From NCBI RefSeq assembly GCF_009914755.1, contig NC_060942.1: 64,000 nucleotides of DNA; one strand, given 5' to 3'. Source of the DNA: the human T2T-CHM13v2.0 reference genome, Homo sapiens. Positions 55,264-64,000 of the stretch are shown piece by piece. The notes beneath the pieces are model-generated. The model did no database searches, was not told where the DNA came from, and was given only the letters and a program-made list of their open reading frames with translations. Position numbers and translations under genes: made by a program. Within the stretch, counting starts at the first letter, position 1. Each line of letters begins with the position of its first letter.

Positions 55264-56101
55264 ATGTGTGTCTTTTTAACTACTTGATGTGTTATTTACA
55301 TTTCATAGGCATTTCCTTCCACAAAGAAGACTTCAAGACTAACAAGAATGTTTTATATAAAAGTCTTTTACGTCAAAAGTGTACTAAGACCAAGAAGGCT
55401 AGGGTGTCTGCTCCTAAAAATTTTGTTCAACATTTTGCTAATGGGTCTAGCCAGTGCAATAAAGCAAGAAAAATAAATACCATATGCATTTTACCTTATA
55501 ATAAAAATTAGTTTAAGTCTTTTCCAAGTATTTTTAAAAGGAGGCTTTAAAAGTCAAAGGTTTAATTTTCTTAAAGTATCATAATTTTTTTTCTTAAGAC
55601 ATAGTCATCCACATTTCTTCCTAAGTATAATGTCTTCAGAGTTGCCAATTTAGAAAAAAAAGTATAGATAAAATATTTTTTAAATATCTGCGCCCATAGC
55701 TATGACTTACAGTGAGGGTCTGAGTAAAGAAATATGCTTTCAGAGGAATGGCAGTAATTTCCTAAGTGTTATCTTCATGGCCTGAAGAAGAACATTTTGC
55801 ACTCACCCCTCAAGATCACCGGCCTGTAATATCCAAGTTCCCAGCACTCTGCCCTAAGAGGAGGATTAAAGGGACACTCCCTGTACCAGCCACTCCGCTG
55901 GGCCCTGCACTTGCCTTCAGGTAATCCCAGGGATCTTCCAGGTCAGTGAGGCCCCTGGAGAAAGAGGAGATTTAAATATGCTTCTCAATAATGCACTTCT
56001 ACCCTGGTGCTTCCCAAACTGTGTCCCAAAAACATGGGTTTGCAAGTTGACATCTGTTTTCTGGGGCGGGAGGCGGGGGGAAGACTTTTTTGCCCATGTA
56101 A

Positions 56102-56602
<501 letters not shown>

Positions 56603-56615
56603 TAAAATATTTTTT

Positions 56616-56894
56616 GGCCGGGTGTCATGGCTCACATGGGCAGATCACCTGAGGTCAGGAGTTCAAGATCAGCCTGGCCAGCAGGTGAAATCCCATCTCT
56701 ACTAAAAATACAAAAATTAGCCAGGTGTGGTGGTGGGCACCTGTAATCGCAGCTACTTGGGAGGCTGAGGCTGGAGAATCTCAAACCTGGGAGGCGGAGG
56801 TTGCAGTGAGCCGAGATCGCACCACTGCACACCAGGCTGGACGATGAAGCAAGGCTCCATCTCAAAAAAATAAATAAAATAAAATAAAATAAAA
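56616..56894 (+). mobile_element. AluS SINE with a left-arm deletion of about 30 bp
   Basis: GGCCGGGTG...GGCTCACA joins TGGGCAGATCACCTGAGGTCAGGAG; (AAAAT)n tail. Confidence 0.9.
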
Positions 56895-58589
56895 GAATCT
56901 TTTAACAACTACAGGAGTCGCAAATCAAAGTTTGGGAAGCATTACTGTGTTATTTTGCTTTTAGTAGTGGGTTAGCTGTTGGTTTACGGTGTTTCTTAGA
57001 GGATGAAGGAAGTATCAAATAAACTGCTCTTTTAAGCAGCTTATTCAAATATCCCTAGAGTCAGACTGAAGAAGCAGTTTCTTAAGCACTGCCAATAGTG
57101 TCTCAGGCCCCTTTTGCTCCTCTTTCCTGACCCCAGCGAGTTCCCTGACTCTCTCGCCGTGTCCAAATGATGCCTTAGGATGTTATAAAGTAGAGCGTTC
57201 AATTCATCTTTCCGGAAGTGGCTAAACCCAACTGCCCAGGTGAGTTGATGACTGTCCCAGATTTTTACCCACAAGGTGCCCTGTAAGGCCCAGAGGTTCA
57301 TATGCCAATTAACCAACCCAGAGCTCTGAAGGACATTTGAATGCTTTCCCTGTTAATACACGAGAGCTCCATCACAATGCCCCCGAGCTGTACAGTAGAC
57401 AATTCTGCTCATCTGTGTGCTGCCTCTGCTATGTGGGACCACCCGGGTTATTGCTTCTTCATGCACACAACTGCACGTTCATTTGCATTACCTTTTATTT
57501 AAGCTGTGTGTTATGACATGAGACCAGATGAAGGTTTTCCTCTCCAGAACACCTCATGTACTCTGCATCCAAGAATCTTAATTTTAAGACTGAATTCAGC
57601 AATTTTATTTAGAATTCATACACTCTTTGTTTTGCTACAGCTGTCTCCATTCCCCCTGCTGGGTGAGAAACCTGTGCTTTCGTTGCTTGGAGAATGTTTC
57701 AGGCACTCACATGCAGGCGTGTTGGTGTGCCTTTGTCAACATCAGTGAAAAACTTTCCAGACTTCATGCACATTTTTATTAGTTTCCTTCCATCATCAGT
57801 GATCTGCAAAAGCTAAATTAATAGTCGTCAGTATTACCCTCTCAGTTCAGATTCCTTCTCATGCTGAGCAAACGGCAAAGTAGGTGCTTTCTGGGCTGTT
57901 TGAGAATTCCTCAGTTAGGGGATTCTGAGAAATGACCGTGTCTGCTAGAGCAGAGTAGGTCAATCTCACTAAAAAGCAATTGATGAGGTAAAGCATTGGG
58001 AAAGAAGTCCTAAAAAGCAGTAAACACTTAGATTGCTTCTCTATAAAATGAACTCTAGTCTGCATAATTTTAATTTGAATTTTCCATGATTTTTATCATT
58101 GGAATAGATTGAACATGAACTTTCAAATCAGTTTTCCTAAATGCTTAAGGTCTAGCTCAATAACAGTTTGTTTAAAAAAATAACAATCCTCCGTATGCAA
58201 ATCATCTTATTGACAAACAAACTATTCTCCTAGGATTTATGGAGCTGTACAATATTCTTGGTGGGAGGGACATGTTATGAATGAGATGTCAGTGTAATTC
58301 TCAAACTCCTGTGACATTATAGAGCCAGTAGAACAGAATAGCTAAAAGTGAACATAATAAGTGTTTGTTAATTCATTCATTCATCATCAATTTATTGTTT
58401 CATTGAAAATCATTTATTTAATTCTGTGTTTAAGATTTTGTTATGAGCCTGTCATTATGGGGAAGGAAGATGTGTAGAAACAGATGTCAGAATTCCAGGG
58501 TCACCGGGCATGGTTCTGGGACCAAGTAACTGATGGATGCATCGACTTCTCCAACTGGAAATGATTTTCTTGGTGTGGTCACCGGACGG

Positions 58590-58963
58590 TGTGCAGCCCA
58601 CATGCACCTTGTGCTCCTCCCTCCAAGGTGACACCTGCCCACCCTACTGGCTTCTGCCTGTCCACCTGACCCGCTTCAGCCACTGAGATGGCAGCCCGTG
58701 TGATCTGAGCAGAGGCACTGGCTGTGCTTTTGTGGTTAGAGGCTCTTGCACTTTGGCCATCTGCCATGAGGAAAACATGCTCTGGGGAACCACTGGCTCC
58801 AGAACAAGACAGACACAGAGCAGACTCCATCCTGGCACTAATGCAGCAGGGCGGTTCTCCAGCCTGAGACCCGTTGCCAAGGGAAAATTCCTGTTGTTTC
58901 AAGCTTAAGAGGGCTTTGTAAAATTCTTATTTGTAACATAGAATCACGAATACACCTGACATA
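58590..58963 (+). mobile_element. Old MaLR LTR (MLT1I/J-like)
   Basis: TGAGCAGAGGC...CTCTTGCACTT...CATCTGCCATGAG.A.AACATG...CACAGAGCAGAC...TGTTGTTTCAAGC. Confidence 0.65.
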
Positions 58964-59034
58964 CTGATGTTCCCTGGGGACCAAAGGTTGCTGTATTCTA
59001 CATTGGGAAAGAGAAATAAATGCAAAGAGGATGA

Positions 59035-59240
59035 TAACAACATAAGCTGACAAGTATTTGAGGGCTGTCTGCATCCAGGCTGTTCTGTGAGTGCTTTAAG
59101 CACAGTGGCTGATGTACACCTCAGCGGCCCTGTGAGATGAACACGACTCCTTCCATCTGAACTCCGTTGCTGCTGAACACCAGGTCAGGCCACACAGCAG
59201 GCCAGACTGGAAGCCAGGAGTGGATTCCTGAGCTGCCTCC
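59035..59240 (-). mobile_element. MIR fragment
   Basis: GCTGACAAGTATTTGAG...CCAGGCTGTTCTGTGAGTGCTTTA...CACACAGCAG. Confidence 0.45.
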
Positions 59241-60629
59241 TAACCACAAGACCGGGGTGGACATCTCCACCCCAACTGCAGAGAATGCATGGTTCCCGCC
59301 AGGAGAGCCAGGGCTGCACTGGCCAGTTCTACCAAGGGCCAATGGCTGAGGCTTGTGCCCTCCACACTTTGAACATTTACATTTCCTGCGTATTATATAG
59401 AATGTGGGCACATGTGTATAAATTTATATTTGCATCAATTTATCCGTCTAGAAATAGGAAAGTCTTTTCGCAGCTGGCATGAAAAGGAACAAATCTTTTC
59501 TTGCTGCCAAATCAAATTACATGTTCAGCCCCTTCTATCACCTCTCCATCAAGTGTGGTTGTGTTTCTTAGGCATGAGGTGATAATTGACCACATGTGGA
59601 TGACTGTCATGTTATTTGAAATGTTTATCTGTGTCTATGATGTGCTGTTACTTATGTCCATGGCTGCATAAGTGTTACTCCTTTCTAAAGATAACACAGT
59701 TACCCCACCCCCAGTCAAGGTACTACTTATGTTGCTATTGAATCTGTGTCTAAATACCCAAAATCCAATGACAAATTGAGAGGATTTGTGGCAAACTTAA
59801 AAATAAATGTTTCTGCTTCAGCTTCAAAGATACTGTTACTAGTCGTGTGTTGAGTCCTCTGTGTAATTGCCTCAATTCTGCCATTTACTTTACTTTTGTG
59901 TTCACAGACCAGGCAGGCCTGGCCTCATCATTCCGTGTTCTGAAACTCCTCTGGGTGCTGCGTTGCAGACTCGGTTCTATCTCTGAAATGCAGCCCTGCT
60001 ACTTGTTCTACTTTGGGAACCAGTGTGAATTCAAACCATCCCTGGAAGGTTGTGCATCGAACCAGGAAGGAATGAATAACTTCCATCAGACATCCCTATA
60101 TTTTATGTCAAGCCTCTGCCATGTCGTCTGGAAGAAAATCCATTTAATGAATGCCATTCTCGGGAGCTGGGCGAGGCTCCCGTGCTGGACAGGGTTTGAT
60201 ACCTGAGGTCGGAACCACAGCTGAAAACATGGCCAGGGATCAGACCCCGGCGAAATGGACAGGACTCCGCACCTGTGTGGCCGGCGTTCACGATGAGGTA
60301 ACGACAAACCATGGCTTTGGGGGCCATCCTGTTACAATTTCATTTGCTCCTGATGGAGCTGCTTAGGTCAGCCCTCGTCCACCATCCAGTCAAGCTCCAT
60401 GTCTCTGATTCCGGCAGACATTCTGCACTGAGCACAGCCCAGAAAGGATGGGATCTGAATGACCCCATACTCACACACTGCGTTTGAAAGAACCAAGGCC
60501 TCAGCCCTCTTTCCACTTTGCTTCCATTAGTTGCAAATCCCCCTTGTCCTTTTTAATTTTTAATTACCATTGTCTGTTCACCTTTGTTTTACCCATGACA
60601 CCTTCAATTTAAACAGTATCAGAGAGGTT

Positions 60630-61200
60630 GATGTGAACAGTTTTCTTTTCAGCTTAAGTGACTGCAGCTCGTTTAGTTGTTAATTATGCAGGGAGGTTTG
60701 CATGGCTGAGGCTGGTAATTTGAATATGCTCTTGATGTCAGGGCTATGTCTGGGCGGCTGAGCTTGTAAAAGGATTATGATGATGTATATATGGTTCATG
60801 GCTAAGTGGGCTAATGAAAGTACCTCATTTAATCAAACACAATTAATTAAATTAACTTATGATATTAACCCATCTTTTCGTGCATGTATAATTTATATTA
60901 ATTGATTTGCTGCATTCAAGTTGACCAATCAGGTGGGTTGTTGGCAGCCTAAGGACTAGGGAGGTGTCATTAGCATTACTTTGATGCAAACCATAATTGA
61001 TGGGTCAGTGTGTTTTAGAGATGTAGCGAAAGCTTTGCTAATTGTCATAAGAAGTTGAAATTGATTGTGTCTGCATTAGTACATAAATTTAAGTTGATTA
61101 ATGTTTTGTTCTAAAATTAATGTCCATTCTGGATGGGTGATACAATGCTTTATTTATTGGATTCATTAATGCAGTCTAAGGAAAAAATAGTGTTGAAGTT
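60630..61200. promoter_or_regulatory. Candidate conserved developmental enhancer
   Basis: Lies in a block with no repeat I can recognise and has very dense TAAT/ATTA motifs, e.g. AATTAATTAAATTAAC at 60841. Inference only. Confidence 0.4.
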
Positions 61201-64000
61201 AGGTAACTGAGGGTAGATCGTTAGGAGTGAGTTCAGTGGAACCGTCGCAGAGACAACAGCGTCCGACGCACAGGCTGTGCTTCCAGCCGGCGAGAGCTCT
61301 GCTCTTTAAAAATGTCTGAGCATGAAAGCGTCTAGTGAGGCCATCCACGTTGAGCATTTAATTAAAGCTCCTTTAAAGACAATTACAATGGAAAGCACCT
61401 TTACCGTGGTGAACCATGTGGGGGGCTGTGTACGGGGGTCGTGTTCTAGAAACATGATCACTTTCTGGCTGAGGCTTGGATGCTCAACGTCATCCCAGTT
61501 TATACCAACCTCCCCTACAAAAAAAGAAAATGCTCTCAAACTTGCTTGAATTGCAATTTGTACTTTACAACCAATTGACAGAGATCATGAAATCTGAAAT
61601 CACAGACGCTTTATTAGAGCGTAGAATTGAAGCCTAGGCTGCGTTTTCCACAGACGCTCTTACGGAGTGAGTTTTCATCTGAAGATTCTCTAGTTAATGT
61701 GATTTGGGACCTGCGCTGGTTTATGGTTTCAGACTGGCATTTAATTCGGTGGACTTTCCTAACCTGACATCTAATATTTTAAAGAATAATTGCTAAAACC
61801 ACTTGCCTTAGTAATAAAAATATGCATTTACATTATTACTCAAAACAGAAATGCATTGAGAGTGAAGGGTCAGAGATCCACTGAAAAAATAGTTTAATTC
61901 ATTTATAACTCCTTTTCTTTTCTTACCAAGGAAAGCTTAACATCTGCTTCTTATAAACTAATTTAAATAGAAAATGTGTAATGCATCCTTTTACCAAATG
62001 GCTCTTTTTTTATTGGTGGAATAAAGCAGTTTCGCTGTTTGGTTTTTACTACAGTGCATTCATGCTCTTAGAAATGAGACACCTCTGTGTTCACAAGGAA
62101 ACATTTTGAACTTCACATGCTAGAGAGAAGATTAGATATCCCTCTTTGCTGTCTTATGAAGTATGTAAAGTATTATTTACAGTTTACTGAGTCTGAAACA
62201 GTTGAATTATATTCAAATATCACTCCATGTGGTGGCACTATGGAGTCACAGACAATGATTGCTTCTCTGAGAGCAACTTCTTCTTAACTTTTGTGTTGTG
62301 TTAATGGATGCGTTGCACTTGTTTTCTATCGTCAGATTTTAAGGACAGCAATTCAAAACCAAGTCCTATTATTCTGAGACAGCAGTGATGAGCTTTGCCA
62401 CGGCTGCGGTTGTATGTGCTGTGTGGGGAAATGAAGTTCTTATTACTTGTTTAAATTATGTTTAGTGCTTCTGTTTTATATATCCTAGAATTATACATGC
62501 CTCGTATCTGCTATATGCATAAAATACATTTGTATATGTGTAAGCTTCTTAAACATCCAGCAGAAAACTGGCTTGGATCTGAATATTCCCACGTTCTGCT
62601 TTCGTCTTCAAAATGAAAAAGAGAGTTCATTGCTTATTCTGGAAATATTACAAATGAAATCTCCTCTCTTTTTTAAGAAAGTGATTTCCTTAAGACACAC
62701 GATACAGAAAAAGAGCTCTTCTCCCTAATACTGGATTATTTTTCAATGGTTAATGGAACTGAAAACAACGGAAAGCAAGCTGGTGGGAAGAGAGCAGAGG
62801 GCGGTGCGATGTCAATACAGTAATATTTTAGGAAAACAACTGCAGAGATAGCTTTAGTTTTACAATGTGAAAGCTTATTGCATGATCACTTAAAAATTTT
62901 AGCTGTCTTTACAATTGTTATTGTGCTGTTGCTGCTTTTGATGTTATTTTAAAGCACAAAAGGAGGAAAACTGGCTGTAGACATATTCGTGCATATTGGC
63001 AAGGGCAGAATTCAAATGAGTATCTCAGGAAACATGGTCTTAAATTTATTTGCTGGCTTTTCTTAAGGTTGGGAAGGTAACAAAGATAGTGATTTAAAAT
63101 AATATTGTCTTAATTTAGCAGTTATGTGAATGGGTCACAGATGTTCTAAGAGAAAATTAACATTGTTTTGTTAAAACAGAAAGGCTTAAGTCTATGCAGA
63201 ATGTGGCGGTGGTTGGAATAATTATTTTGTTAATCAGGTAGTGGTTTATACCGAGGCATAGCAGGGCTCTCTGTAGATGCGGTGTTTCGGGGAGCTGGGC
63301 TGGGAGGCCGAAGGCTAAGGAAGGCAGAGATCCCTGGCTTCCAAGCTGCTCCACCATTGCCTGGGTGGAGATGGGAACCTGAGTCCTGGGACAAAAGAAC
63401 CGAGAGATGCTGTGCTTCCTTCCTGCTTCAGGCCGGCCTGGGAGCCAGCACTGGTTTTTGTTAGGAATTGCATTTCCGAATAATCATTCTCTGTTCATCT
63501 TCATGCCCCCCGATTGCAAGGCTGCTGTTCTGTGTCTGAGACCCCAAGTAGAGCGATCCTGCCAGCAGTAGGTGTCACTGCAGTCAGTAAGAATTATTTC
63601 AGAGAGTTGCTAAAGAACGGGAAATGATTTCTAAAGTCCAAAAGAAAGAATTATCATAAAATGCTGGCAAGGTAGAATGGGAATAGTTTTATAGCTTGTT
63701 GTCTTGAATATTGAGTTATTACAGTTTTAATGATTGACGGAAATAAAACCGCCATTGAAATCCTTTTCGATTTCTTGAAGCCTGATAGGGACAAACAGTG
63801 TTTTCTGTCTACATCCTAGAAAGCAGACAGACAACAGCTCCCCTGCAAGATCAAACATTTTTTACCTGTTCTCTTCTTCCTGGGAGTGTCCAATCTAGTA
63901 TGCCAAATGAGTTTATCACTTATCAAAACATATTTATGATCCAAGTACTGCAGAACTGTTTAGGGCTTTGGGTAAGACATTTTCCATGCACCTTCAAGAG

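Overview
This is primate, very probably human, non-coding genomic DNA (intronic or intergenic). I find no credible protein-coding exon, tRNA, rRNA or CRISPR array. The ORF track is explained by Alu elements, microsatellites, minisatellites and chance. The window holds about 13 Alu/FLAM elements, old L1 and L2 fragments, MIRs, MaLR LTRs (MLT1, MST), DNA-transposon MITEs (MER1A, Tigger3a, MER2), a processed U6 snRNA pseudogene with target-site duplications, and two minisatellites. Several repeat-poor stretches rich in homeodomain motifs look like conserved enhancers. I do not see a new biological system. The most unusual signals are structural: (i) a single L1MA element scrambled as B(inverted)-A-C with a perfect hairpin at one junction; (ii) a 192-bp non-tandem copy of a nearby Tigger3a segment pasted into an old L1 5' end; (iii) an AluY carrying a 103-bp internal duplication; (iv) several internal deletions in repeats; (v) an apparent AT-to-GC substitution bias in some old repeats. 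Subfamily names come from recalled consensus sequences, not a database search, and boundaries of old repeats are approximate.
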